NCBI GenBank assembly: GCA_937935355.1
Contig: CALGYR010000091.1
Location: 2,131-66,130 of the forward strand
Length of the DNA stretch: 64,000 nucleotides
DNA from: an uncultured bacterium
GTDB lineage: Bacteria > Planctomycetota > SZUA-567 > JAKLDR01
Direction: 5' to 3'
Below, piece after piece: positions 35,792-45,131 of this stretch (positions are counted from its first letter, which is position 1; every line of letters begins with the position of its first letter). A program made the position numbers and the translations under genes. The notes below the pieces were generated by a model. It worked only from the letters and a program-made list of their open reading frames with translations, searched no databases and was not told where the DNA came from.

Positions 35792-38116
35792 TTACGCCTC
35801 GCCCTTGCTCTTGAGCCCGCCGCGCGGGTCCTGCAGCGCCACGCCGAAGTCGTGGTAGCCGCGCATCCGCACCCCGAGCACGTTGAAGTCGGCCTCGGCC
35901 GTCTCGATCACCGGCGACTCCTGGCCGTTCAGAAACGCGACCTCGATCACCGGCAGGTCGTTCGCGTCGGAGAGCAAGTACCACGCCTTCGCCGAGTTCC
36001 CCGCGTACTGCGGGTTCGAGAGGTAGCGGCTGACCTCCGAGCGGAACTTGCCCTGGTGTGGGTTCGAGACCGGGTACTTCACCCCCGCCGAGGTGTCCCG
36101 CAGCTCCAGGCTCTTGTTCAGCTGCGTCGCGATGGCCGAGAGCGCCGGCGGCACCAGCAGCACGGCCGGCATCACCCCGATGGGCTTGCCGTCGGAGTCC
36201 ACCTGCTCCATGAACGCCGTCTCGGCCTTGGTCAGCCCGTCGATCCCGAGCAGGGTGTCGGCGCCGACCAGGTAGTTCTTGTTGGCCGCCACGAAGAAGG
36301 CGGCGTTGTCCATGAACGCCTTCCAGAAGACGTCGTTGATCTTGAGCCCCGACCCGCGGCCGAGCTTCCGCGGCACCAGCGTGATCGCCCCCAGGTCGTC
36401 GTTGATGATGTCCCGGCGGTCGATGGAGAGCAGCAGCCCGTAGGTGTCGGCCTTGTTGGTGAAGCTCTCGTTGCCAAGGGTGCCGTGCTTGAGCTCACCG
36501 CCAGGGGCGACCTGCTCGTACTGGTCGCGCCCCACCAGCCGGTAGCTGGTCACCGTCTTGAAGTCCGGGACGTTCCGCACCGCGCAGATGTTCCGCCAGG
36601 TGCGCTCGACCGAGAAGAAACCCTCCAGCAGGAACTTGTTGGCCACGTTGGAGAGAATCCCGCCCAGGTCCACCGCCGAGAACCCGGCCTGCACGTCCCG
36701 CCCGAAGGCGTAGCGCAGCACCTCGCGGCTGTCCCGGAACGTCCGCTCCGGGTAGCCGTTGGCCCAGGCCGCCTCGAGGAAGAGCTCCTGCAGCCCGATC
36801 CCGCCGCGGAACCGCCGGCCGGCCTCGTCCAGGACCGCCTCGTCGTAGTGGTCCTCGGGCGCCGAGAGCCCCGCGGCCAGCGAGCAGGCCGCCTCCAGCA
36901 TCGCCGTGCTGCAGCTCCGCGCGCGCTCCCGGCCCGCCGAGATGCGCACGTCGGCCTGCGGCCGGCCCTCGCGCATCGCCTTCAGCACCTTCTGGCTCGT
37001 CTCCTCGACGTTCCAGCCGGAGCGGATCGCCTCCCGCTCGATCTTCGGGAACTCCCCGGCGCAGACCTCCTGGATCGCCGCCACGCGCTCGCGCTCGGCA
37101 GCCACCGCGCCCTCGGCCGCCTCCACGGCGGAAGGCGCCGCCGCGGTGACGGTCCGCGCCCCGGCCGGCCCCTCGGCCGCGCCGTCGCCGGCCTTGGCCG
37201 TCTTCTCCGGGGGCTTGGGCGCCGGCGCCTCCTTCTCGCCCAGGTCCGGGGGCTCCTCGCCCTTCTCGAAGGCCGCCTTGAGCAAAGCCAGCTTCTCCTC
37301 GCCCAGGCCCTCGGCCTCGATCCCGTGCTCCTTCAGCCACTTCTCGAACTCCATCGCATTCCCTCCGTACAGGTTGAACTTCGCCGCGAGCTTGAGCCGC
37401 GTGGAGGCGTCCGCGCCCACGGCGACGACCGACACCTCCCGCAAAACCGACTTCTTCACGTGGTAGAAAGGCCCCTCGTGTATCCGGCCGTTGATCGAAC
37501 AGCGGCCCCGCACGAGCTCCGAATCGATGACCTCGGCCCCGATGGATAGCTGCCAGTCCGCGCCGGCCCGGGCCTGCTCCACGATCCCCTGCGCCTGGCC
37601 GCTCGAGGAGAGGATCTCTCCCTCGACCACGAGCGCCCGCTCCTCGATCCGCGCCCGAACCATCCCCACCCGGCTGCCGGTGCGGTTGTCGTGGTTGGTC
37701 AAGAGCGGCACGCTCTCGGGGATGGCCATCCCGGCCAGGTTCACCACCACCGGGTGCCGCCAGCCGGGCAACCGCATCTTGCCGCCCGAATAGGCCACGC
37801 CCATCACGCGGAGCCGACCGGCCTCGCCTTCGCCGGCCGCCTCCACCATCACGAACTCGTCCGCGGCGCCCTCGGCCCGGTCGACCGCGGGCTCGAAGAG
37901 GATGGGCTCGGGCCCGTGCTCCTTGAGCCACGCCTTCGCCTCGGCCGCCGTGAACTTCTCCGCGTCGAACCGGATCGCCTGCAGCTCCACCGTGCCGCCG
38001 CGGGTGATGCCCCACACCGCGTCGATCCCAGGACCGAACTTGTCGTTCTCCCGGCGGAACCGGACGTACTTGTCCGGACTCTCGATCCGCGCGGCGTGCT
38101 CACCCGGGTAGGGCAT
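35792..38116 (-). CDS. Prohead protease-scaffold-major capsid fusion, with an extra N-terminal domain
   Basis: GVAYSGG...PLLTNHD...LSIGA protease; acidic linker; ILSNVANKFLL...VPDFK...GVRMRGYHDFG capsid. Confidence 0.9.
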   Translation of the reverse strand: MPYPGEHAARIESPDKYVRFRRENDKFGPGIDAVWGITRGGTVELQAIRFDAEKFTAAEAKAWLKEHGPEPILFEPAVDRAEGAADEFVMVEAAGEGEAGRLRVMGVAYSGGKMRLPGWRHPVVVNLAGMAIPESVPLLTNHDNRTGSRVGMVRARIEERALVVEGEILSSSGQAQGIVEQARAGADWQLSIGAEVIDSELVRGRCSINGRIHEGPFYHVKKSVLREVSVVAVGADASTRLKLAAKFNLYGGNAMEFEKWLKEHGIEAEGLGEEKLALLKAAFEKGEEPPDLGEKEAPAPKPPEKTAKAGDGAAEGPAGARTVTAAAPSAVEAAEGAVAAERERVAAIQEVCAGEFPKIEREAIRSGWNVEETSQKVLKAMREGRPQADVRISAGRERARSCSTAMLEAACSLAAGLSAPEDHYDEAVLDEAGRRFRGGIGLQELFLEAAWANGYPERTFRDSREVLRYAFGRDVQAGFSAVDLGGILSNVANKFLLEGFFSVERTWRNICAVRNVPDFKTVTSYRLVGRDQYEQVAPGGELKHGTLGNESFTNKADTYGLLLSIDRRDIINDDLGAITLVPRKLGRGSGLKINDVFWKAFMDNAAFFVAANKNYLVGADTLLGIDGLTKAETAFMEQVDSDGKPIGVMPAVLLVPPALSAIATQLNKSLELRDTSAGVKYPVSNPHQGKFRSEVSRYLSNPQYAGNSAKAWYLLSDANDLPVIEVAFLNGQESPVIETAEADFNVLGVRMRGYHDFGVALQDPRGGLKSKGEA

Positions 38117-39536
38117 CGCTCCCCCTCCCGGCCGGCAACGCCGCGGCCTCGCTCAGGCCCAGCTCCTTCATCAGCGCCTTCTCCCGAGAGCGCTGCCGGA
38201 GCTCGGCCTCCCAGTCCTTCCCCTGCCGCGCGTACTCGTGCGCCAGCGTAGTCGTGTAGTTCTTGAGGCGCGTCTCCTGCGCCGAGGCCTCCTTCGCCGG
38301 GTCCACGTGCTCGTGGCCGTCCCAGAACCACTGGTGGTCGGGCAGAATCCGCTCCAGTCCCTGCGCCGGGACGTAGTCCACCGCGCCCACCGCCAGGGCA
38401 TACTCCCACAGCCAGGCAGCCAGGATGCGGTCGAGCACGCACGAGGCCGTGAAGGCCTGGTCCACGCGGATCGACTTGAAGTAGGTCTGGTGGTCGAGAC
38501 GGCCGGAGGCGTAGTTGTAGCCCGAGGAGTTCCCCGCGGCGACGTTGAACGGGATGTTCAGGCACCGCGCGATCTCGTTCAGGATCTCCTTCTTGAACTC
38601 CGCATAGGTCGTCGCCGGCTGCATCGGCTCGACCTGAGCCATCTTCCAGCCGCCGGGCATGGTCAGCAGCATGTTGCGCTCGAGCTCGATGCTGTCCATC
38701 GGCTCGACCGCGTCGGCCTCGCCGTTGGCCGGCGCGTCGGTGTATAGCACCCCCGCGAAGTCGGCAGCCGCCTCGGCCGCCGCGATCACCGCGAGCGTGA
38801 AACGCCGCAGCTGCGCGAAGAGCGGCAAAGCCGGCATGATCTCGGGCAACCCGCGGTGCTGCCCGGGGCGGTCCTGCCGGAAGACGTGGATCATGTGCGA
38901 CGCCGGGATCGCGAGGTACTCCACCCGGAGCCGGCGCGAGAGCGCCCCCGGATGCTCGGCCATCACCCGGTAGGCGACCGGGTTCCCGAAGTCGTCCAGC
39001 TGGATGCCGTCGACCTCGCCGTCGTCCAGGAGCCCGAAGAACGGGCTAGTCACCTGGTCGGCCTCCACCAGACGCAGGTCGAGCTTCACCGGATGGTCCA
39101 GGGCGGGGTTGTTGGCCAGGATCGCGAAAGACTCGCCGTCCTGGCACCGCGCCATCCGCATGGTCCGGAGCTTCTCGGCAAGCCCCACAGTCCGCGCCCA
39201 GCGGTCGAACTCCCGCTCCACCTCGCGGTTGGCGGCGTCGTTCTCCGTGAGCATCTGCAGCCGCGGGCCCGTCCCCACCGTGTCGTTGGCCAGCGTCAGC
39301 ACGATCCCGCGCGCATAGCTGTTGTTCGCGACCTCGTAGCGGCAGCGCATCCGCAGAATCCGCCGCACCTCGGGGCTCGCCGCCGAGTCGGCCGAAAGCG
39401 CGTCGGCGTTCGCCCAGTGGCGGCGGTTGTCGTCGGTGGTGACGGCGGAATCGAAACGGCCGCGCACGCGCCGCACCGGCACCGCCCGCAGGCGCGAGAG
39501 CACCACCGACTTCCGGTCCGCGGCCGTGGCGACCAT
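38100..39536 (-). CDS. Portal protein, lambda family
   Basis: ATG overlapping the gpW stop; RYEVANNSYARG, QDRPGQHRGLP, NYASGRLD, WDGHEHVDPAKE. Confidence 0.93.
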   Translation of the reverse strand: MVATAADRKSVVLSRLRAVPVRRVRGRFDSAVTTDDNRRHWANADALSADSAASPEVRRILRMRCRYEVANNSYARGIVLTLANDTVGTGPRLQMLTENDAANREVEREFDRWARTVGLAEKLRTMRMARCQDGESFAILANNPALDHPVKLDLRLVEADQVTSPFFGLLDDGEVDGIQLDDFGNPVAYRVMAEHPGALSRRLRVEYLAIPASHMIHVFRQDRPGQHRGLPEIMPALPLFAQLRRFTLAVIAAAEAAADFAGVLYTDAPANGEADAVEPMDSIELERNMLLTMPGGWKMAQVEPMQPATTYAEFKKEILNEIARCLNIPFNVAAGNSSGYNYASGRLDHQTYFKSIRVDQAFTASCVLDRILAAWLWEYALAVGAVDYVPAQGLERILPDHQWFWDGHEHVDPAKEASAQETRLKNYTTTLAHEYARQGKDWEAELRQRSREKALMKELGLSEAAALPAGRGSDALPG

Positions 39537-39730
39537 CAGCAAGCCCCCGGCGGGACCATCTTGGTGCGCCGCACGCCCAGGCCCTTCCGGGCCGCGTCCT
39601 TCGAGGCCAAGTACCGGTCGGCCTCGATCTGCTCGCGCAGCGAGTGCTGCTCCATCTCGCCCGAGTCGCCCTTGGCCCGGCGAGGGCCCTTTGCGTTCCG
39701 GCGGATGGTGTTGGCGAGATCTCTGGCCAT
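39536..39730 (-). CDS. Head-tail joining protein (gpW-like)
   Basis: GDSGEMEQHSLREQIEADRYL; lies between terminase and portal. Confidence 0.75.
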   Translation of the reverse strand: MARDLANTIRRNAKGPRRAKGDSGEMEQHSLREQIEADRYLASKDAARKGLGVRRTKMVPPGAC

Positions 39731-39788
39731 CACTCGGCTTTCCCGTGCTCTCAGGCCCAAGAAGATGCGCCGAACATCGGCACATGCC

Positions 39789-39832
39789 CCTATTGGATTT
39801 CTACCCGGCCGAATCGGGAGTTAGCGGAGGGG
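39789..39832 (-). promoter_or_regulatory. 44-bp conserved motif upstream of the structural operon
   Basis: 40/44 identical to 60083-60126. Confidence 0.7.
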
Positions 39833-39944
39833 GACAATAGGAACTGCCGCCAAGTTCTACCGGCAGAACTTCCAGTGCGGACTTTGATCGGCGAGTTGTT
39901 TCCGCTACTATGTGTGGCAGGTCCGGAAGACGAAGGAGCCGCTA

Positions 39945-40226
39945 ATGAGCGCTAACGATCCATTCACGCTGCGCGACGAAGCGAACGCGATTACCGCCTT
40001 CGCCTTCCGAAACGGGCTACTCGAGAAGCTGCACGCCGGCGAGCCGTCCGAGTTGACCGCATCCGACAAGTACAGCCGCATCACCGATCCGGAAATGAAA
40101 GCGCTCATGATCGAAGCATCCAAGAAGATAGCCGACCTGCTGTACTTCCAGCGCAAAGACCCCGAAGGCTACAAGGCGTTTATCGAGGATTACGGGCGCA
40201 AGTACTGCGGCAAGTGGGAGAAATAG
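39945..40226 (+). CDS. Hypothetical protein (93 aa), first gene of the island
   Basis: AAGGAG before ATG 39945; helical. Confidence 0.65.
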   Translation: MSANDPFTLRDEANAITAFAFRNGLLEKLHAGEPSELTASDKYSRITDPEMKALMIEASKKIADLLYFQRKDPEGYKAFIEDYGRKYCGKWEK

Positions 40227-40287
40227 GGGACAAAGAACGGTCTGGACAAAGTCTGAACGGGGTGGCGTTCATCGCTCGGCGCTCATC

Positions 40288-40345
40288 GGGCTCACGAAAA
40301 TGAGCCCGGGCTCACGGCCGGGCACATTTTCAGGCGCATGAGCCC
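40288..40345. promoter_or_regulatory. Operator-like repeats upstream of the XRE gene
   Basis: GGGCTCA-CGAAAA-TGAGCCC palindrome, plus further GGGCTCA (40308) and TGAGCCC (40339). Confidence 0.5.
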
Positions 40346-40383
40346 GCCGTCGTTCCCCGAGAACGTTTCTTCGGAAATTGGCC

Positions 40384-40411
40384 TTGACGAAGGGGCATCA
40401 TATGATAAGAT
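40384..40411 (+). promoter_or_regulatory. Sigma70 promoter for the XRE/peptidase/toxin island
   Basis: TTGACG-N16-TAAGAT with extended TG. Confidence 0.6.
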
Positions 40412-40439
40412 ATTCCTCGCATTGAAAGGAGCCATTCTC

Positions 40440-41123
40440 ATGTCCCCTCGAGAGTTGCGCGCCTTTCGGGAAAGCATAGGTCTGAGCAGGCGCGAATTTG
40501 CACCCAAGCTCTTCATCTCGGAGCCCACACTCGAGCGGTGGGAGCGCGGCCAGGGCGGTCCTCGCGAGGTTCATCTGCGCATACTCCGCCGAATGCGAGA
40601 GCACCTTGGCGCCGGACACACCCTCACGTACTTTCAGTACGATGCCGGCAATGAGGTGCCCGCCGAATTGCTGCACGAAGAGCGGCAACTCATTATCGAT
40701 ACACTTAAGAGTCGGACGGTCGTCCTGCTGACCGAGGAGGGGCCGGATGACCAAGGTGACTGGTTTCTCCGCTTCGGCCTCGGATGGGCTGCAGGTAAGT
40801 CGGCAGAACTATCCCTCATTTGCGAAGGATCTGATGCGCCGACACGGCCCACCATTGATTTCACCGTGAACGCGACGACAAAGTCTGCTAACACTGAAGA
40901 GGTTTCCGGGATACTCCAGGAGGCTTGCTTCAATCACGGCATTTCCTGGAAGATGACGGACAAGGGCAAACGCATGACGGTTGAAATCCGCCAGCGACTG
41001 TTCAGCACCGGATGCAACCCTGAGACGATTAAACACGTCCTCGGCAATTTTCAGTCCTGCTGGAACCGACTGACCAAGGTCCTGCTCCGCGCGGAGCGGC
41101 CTCTCATGGTAGCCAACAGGTAG
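40440..41123 (+). CDS. XRE-family HTH protein with a C-terminal alpha/beta domain
   Basis: AAAGGAG before ATG; LRAFRESIGLSRREFAPKLFISEPTLERWERG. Confidence 0.82.
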   Translation: MSPRELRAFRESIGLSRREFAPKLFISEPTLERWERGQGGPREVHLRILRRMREHLGAGHTLTYFQYDAGNEVPAELLHEERQLIIDTLKSRTVVLLTEEGPDDQGDWFLRFGLGWAAGKSAELSLICEGSDAPTRPTIDFTVNATTKSANTEEVSGILQEACFNHGISWKMTDKGKRMTVEIRQRLFSTGCNPETIKHVLGNFQSCWNRLTKVLLRAERPLMVANR

Positions 41124-41133
41124 GGCTAGAACT

Positions 41134-42615
41134 GTGCACGTAGTCGTTTGCAGAAACAACTTCAAGTTTGGCCCCTTCTGCATAGGTGTCGGCCAGCTCC
41201 ATGACGTGTCTCCTCGACTACGAGCGTTTGTCGAGGAAACAGAGCAACTCATTCGCCCCAAAGAGTTGCTGTTCTGCAACCTGGATAGCCATCCCGATTT
41301 GGCCAGTAGTCCAGAGTATGCTGACTGTCTAGCCTGCGTGCACGACTACCCATTCTACAAGGTCGTTTATCTCCGCCTCAGCCAGAATCCGGAACTGATC
41401 GTGGCCCATGAACTGGGGCACATCTGTGTGGCTGGTGGCGAGGCCGAGTCTTGGAGCATTGCAGACCTCGGCTTCACCAATGGTTGGATGCCTCCTCCTC
41501 TTAAACAGTTCCTGACCAGAACAGCCAATCTGATCAGTGATGTGGCTGCCAACAAACGAGCCCATACCCGCGGATTCGATACGCGGCCACTTCTTCTTCT
41601 CCAACTGCATTGCCATGTCGAGGACTGCCGCGCTTTGGACAGGGGCACCCATCCTTCCCGGCTGGATATAGTTCACCGGGCAGCTCAATTAGCATCCACA
41701 GCCATCTTTCAAGAGTTCTGCCCGTTGACCGCGGAAGAGAACCGCTGCCTTGCCGCGGTGTGCGACTATTACGACAGCTGGCATCCCGGGATACGTCGGC
41801 TTGCCCGACAGGTGCGGGATGCCATCCGAGGGCACGGCTACGAGAAGCGAGACCAAGTGGTAAAGAGCGTCAAGACGGTGCTCGAACTCCTTATCGACAC
41901 CTTCGAGTTGGAACTGACGGATGGCCCCGACACTGCCGGCAGTAAGGCGGCAGTGAGATACGACCCGCAAGTGCTCTGCATACCAGAAGAGGTGAGAGCA
42001 AGGGAGCAAGCCAACCCTTACGCCTACATTCGTCCATTCCTGAATGATGACGTTCGCCGCAGGGTAGCTGTTGCTGAGGCTGCTCAGAACCGATTCGCGC
42101 AGGGCTTTATCAAGGGAGCCGAGGCCGAGAAGCTATGCTGTGAGGCTGCAGAGAAATTCCGGCAAGGCCTTCTCGAAGATGCGGAGGCCAAAGCCGTAGC
42201 CGTTTTGCAGTACGAGCACCGACATCCAGCGGCCTATCACCTCTTGGGGCGAATCAGCAAGCAGAAAGGCAAACTCGATATTGCCAAGCAGTGTTTTCTG
42301 GTAGCGCTGGAGAAATCAGCGGAGTTCAGTCGTGGCTATGAGGATTTCGCAGTTACCGCGCTCGAGGCTGGTGATCACGAATACGCCATCGCCAAACTGA
42401 CGTTCCTTCTCAATGAACGCCCTGCGCTGTGGGGAAATGCCCGAATCCACGAGTACCTCGGGAGGTCTTTCCTCGAGACCGGCGATATTAAGAATGCCGT
42501 CAACGCGTTCAAGAACGCGTTGCGGTTGGAGCCAACAAGTCAGGTGGCGAAACGGCTTCTCTACAGTGCGGAGAGGCGGCTAGAGCATAAGGAACCAACG
42601 CAAGCGACACGGTGA
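41134..42615 (+). CDS. ImmA/IrrE-like HExxH metallopeptidase fused to TPR repeats
   Basis: IVAHELGHI (41407-41421); C-terminal TPRs (AYHLLGRI...F..AL, HEYLGRSFL...FKNALRLEP). Confidence 0.75.
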   Translation: MHVVVCRNNFKFGPFCIGVGQLHDVSPRLRAFVEETEQLIRPKELLFCNLDSHPDLASSPEYADCLACVHDYPFYKVVYLRLSQNPELIVAHELGHICVAGGEAESWSIADLGFTNGWMPPPLKQFLTRTANLISDVAANKRAHTRGFDTRPLLLLQLHCHVEDCRALDRGTHPSRLDIVHRAAQLASTAIFQEFCPLTAEENRCLAAVCDYYDSWHPGIRRLARQVRDAIRGHGYEKRDQVVKSVKTVLELLIDTFELELTDGPDTAGSKAAVRYDPQVLCIPEEVRAREQANPYAYIRPFLNDDVRRRVAVAEAAQNRFAQGFIKGAEAEKLCCEAAEKFRQGLLEDAEAKAVAVLQYEHRHPAAYHLLGRISKQKGKLDIAKQCFLVALEKSAEFSRGYEDFAVTALEAGDHEYAIAKLTFLLNERPALWGNARIHEYLGRSFLETGDIKNAVNAFKNALRLEPTSQVAKRLLYSAERRLEHKEPTQATR

Positions 42616-42631
42616 AGGGGAGGAGATACGC

Positions 42632-43426
42632 ATGCCTACGGCAGACGATGTGAAGAGGCAGGTTCTTGGCAGAGGTACGGGCGGGTACAATTGCTGTGGC
42701 AATAACCCCGTGAGTCGTGTGGACCCCGACGGAAGACAGCCTATTCCGGGAACCAATCCGCTTCTTCCTGGACCTCATGATGGTTGGTATTTCGAACCCG
42801 AAAGAGGAAGATGGTATTGTCCGACGACCGGGCAATATGCGGGCACACTGACTTCTCCACCGCGTGGGCGGTGTCCGGAGCAACAGCCCACTCCGCCTGC
42901 ACCTCGCCCACGGCCCGCGCCTGCGCCGCAACAGACCGGAAGGCAGGTGGGGAGGTCGCTTGGCACATTCATGGTTACAGCTTACAATATTGCCAATGAA
43001 GGTGACCATGCTGCAACGCCAAGTGTGACCGCAAGGGGATTGAACCACCAATACAGTCGCGCGTTCCTGCGCGACATCATCATGCAAGGAAGTGGCGTGG
43101 ATAATGGGGGCCGCTTTATCCAAATAGACTGGTCGCACGGAGCTCCCAGCACCCCAGAGAACACGCGCTTCCGCTACGTAGATGCTATCGTAGGTGGAGC
43201 GGGGCGACGCGTCGAGAATGGTGTATCCATCGCTGTGGATCCTGCGGTGATACCTCTGGGATCATGGGTTTGGATTGAGACGGTTGGCTGGCGACGGGCT
43301 GATGATACTGGAGGCAGAATTCACGGACGCCATATTGATCTCTTCATGGTTGTGCGTCGAAGGGATGCTGTAGCTTGGGGAACTCGACATCTTGGGGTGT
43401 GCGCAGAGGCCGCTCCGGCCAGGTGA
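42632..43426 (+). CDS. Leader-tagged putative toxin 1: Rhs-like cleavage motif, Pro-rich linker, 3D (MltA-type) cell-wall enzyme domain
   Basis: AGGAG RBS; NNPVSRVDPDG; IAVDPAVIPLGS...ADDTGGRIHGRHIDLF (three Asp). Confidence 0.82.
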   Translation: MPTADDVKRQVLGRGTGGYNCCGNNPVSRVDPDGRQPIPGTNPLLPGPHDGWYFEPERGRWYCPTTGQYAGTLTSPPRGRCPEQQPTPPAPRPRPAPAPQQTGRQVGRSLGTFMVTAYNIANEGDHAATPSVTARGLNHQYSRAFLRDIIMQGSGVDNGGRFIQIDWSHGAPSTPENTRFRYVDAIVGGAGRRVENGVSIAVDPAVIPLGSWVWIETVGWRRADDTGGRIHGRHIDLFMVVRRRDAVAWGTRHLGVCAEAAPAR

Positions 43427-43431
43427 CACAA

Positions 43432-44160
43432 ATGCAACGCGCAAGGCGGTTCCTCTTGGTGATAGTTCTCTTGGCATTGCTGGGGGGCACATATCTCATC
43501 GTCAGGATGCAATCTTCTCTGACGGCCCATGACGGGAAGCTTGTTAAGATGTGGGGGCCATTCTCGGTCCGCACAATCGCTGAAGATGGTCATTTCGTGG
43601 AAGCCAAGGGGGTTGGGCGGCGCGCCTTTCTCACCTATCCATCTGTACTGGGCGACACTCTCAGCCAGTCTCTGGATGTCTGGGTATGTTCGGCGGATGG
43701 CATCATTATCAAGCGCATGCACTTTGAAGGGCAACTCTTTGATTCGGCAACCTCGATGGTGAGGGCGCAATGGTCTGGAGAGAACTCTCTCGTAGCGGAA
43801 GGCCACATCAACCCAACGACAAGCAGATACTTTGTCGTTTCCGTCAGGGACGGGGCAATCTCCGGCTATACTGGATCAGAGTTTGCTTTGAGCCCAGACG
43901 GGAACACGGCCGCATATGTCCAAAGACCTGCACATTTCTCGCCCAACGCCAGAGATTGCAGACTTCTTGTCGGGCATAAGGTTCTCATTGCTATGACTGA
44001 GCCGCCTAATTCGAGTGCCACGATCTATTGGGCAGAGGACAGCAGCAGTTTCGTAGTTGTTTTTAGCTCCCCAAGTGAGAGACGGAGCTTTGTGGCAAGC
44101 GTAAACCAGCAGGGGGAATGGCAAGGACAATTGTACTTGCTTGGGGGGATACAACCTTGA
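43432..44160 (+). CDS. Putative immunity 1: membrane-anchored/exported protein with TolB/WD40-like segments
   Basis: Starts 5 nt after the toxin stop; N-terminal TM; FALSPDGNTAAYV. Confidence 0.7.
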   Translation: MQRARRFLLVIVLLALLGGTYLIVRMQSSLTAHDGKLVKMWGPFSVRTIAEDGHFVEAKGVGRRAFLTYPSVLGDTLSQSLDVWVCSADGIIIKRMHFEGQLFDSATSMVRAQWSGENSLVAEGHINPTTSRYFVVSVRDGAISGYTGSEFALSPDGNTAAYVQRPAHFSPNARDCRLLVGHKVLIAMTEPPNSSATIYWAEDSSSFVVVFSSPSERRSFVASVNQQGEWQGQLYLLGGIQP

Positions 44161-44229
44161 GGCGTTGACATGTTCGCACCCAGCTCTAGCCCTTGTCGGT
44201 AGGGGCTGAACAAAAAGAAGGAGGGGCCC

Positions 44230-45045
44230 ATGCCCACGGCAGATGATGTCAAGCGATCAGTTCTGGCTCACGGCTCAGGAGGATACACCTTCTGCAACAA
44301 CAACCCCGTAAATTTCGTTGATCCTCATGGTTGCCAGCCGGTGCCAATAGGCGGAGTGCTGCCCGGCTTGGCAGCTGTTGCGGCTCCGCCCGCAACGTTC
44401 GGGTCGAATCTGTCGGTTGCAAAGCTTGGCGCCAAGGACGAGACGGACGACAACGCGGGCACCAACAAGAACTGGTACATCTTCAGGGAGTACCAATTCA
44501 CGCCTTCCGGCAGAGGCGCTTCAGTGGTCTGGCAGGAAGTAGAGTTTGACTTTCTTTACTTCGACAAGGCAGGAGCCAGATATCGTTTTCCCGGAGGAGC
44601 GCGCAAGTTTGAGGAGTTCTTTGTGATCGAAGAAGACCAGAGAATAGGCATTACACCGCCTGGTGGCAAGCCCATTTATCGCGAGCATGTCCCAACTACA
44701 GACTGGCACGCATTACCCAAACCCGGCGGAGCGCACAAGCAGAAGTCAGCGGTCAACATACCCGCAAACGCGGACTATTGCGAATTCAGGATGGTGTTCA
44801 AGGCATTCGAAGTCATGGACTTGCTGGAAAACGGCGTCAAAGTGGACAGGAGCAAGATCCTGGTACAAGGCGGTCACTCGGAGGCCGGGACTAAGTATTC
44901 CTATAGGAACCCCCTGAAAGACTCCGTGTGGACGCTGGAGGTCACCTATTACTGGTGCCGGTGCCTTGGCATCAAGCCGTGCTGCAAAGATCAGCGTGTC
45001 GGCCTCCTAAAGCCTCGGACTGACATCTACGTCAAGTCACCCTAG
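44230..45045 (+). CDS. Leader-tagged putative toxin 2 with an unrecognised C-terminal domain
   Basis: AAGGAGG RBS; same MPTADDVKR leader; NNPVNFVDPHG. Confidence 0.78.
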   Translation: MPTADDVKRSVLAHGSGGYTFCNNNPVNFVDPHGCQPVPIGGVLPGLAAVAAPPATFGSNLSVAKLGAKDETDDNAGTNKNWYIFREYQFTPSGRGASVVWQEVEFDFLYFDKAGARYRFPGGARKFEEFFVIEEDQRIGITPPGGKPIYREHVPTTDWHALPKPGGAHKQKSAVNIPANADYCEFRMVFKAFEVMDLLENGVKVDRSKILVQGGHSEAGTKYSYRNPLKDSVWTLEVTYYWCRCLGIKPCCKDQRVGLLKPRTDIYVKSP

Positions 45046-45131
45046 TAGACGCACAGGTGATCTTCCAAGTTATGGTGAACCTCAGGTCCGAGGTCGCGTT
45101 CTATGCGTGTAGAACGCTGTGGAGATCGCAA

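Noticed and set aside
22982-39730. Contractile injection system, tailocin or GTA interpretation
   Set aside because: No sheath or baseplate-wedge genes recognised; a full head, portal, terminase and replication module are present, consistent with an ordinary siphovirus-like prophage.
42632-44346. Simple recent DNA duplication explaining the shared leader
   Set aside because: Most conserved codons differ at synonymous positions and flanking DNA is unrelated, so conservation is at the protein level.
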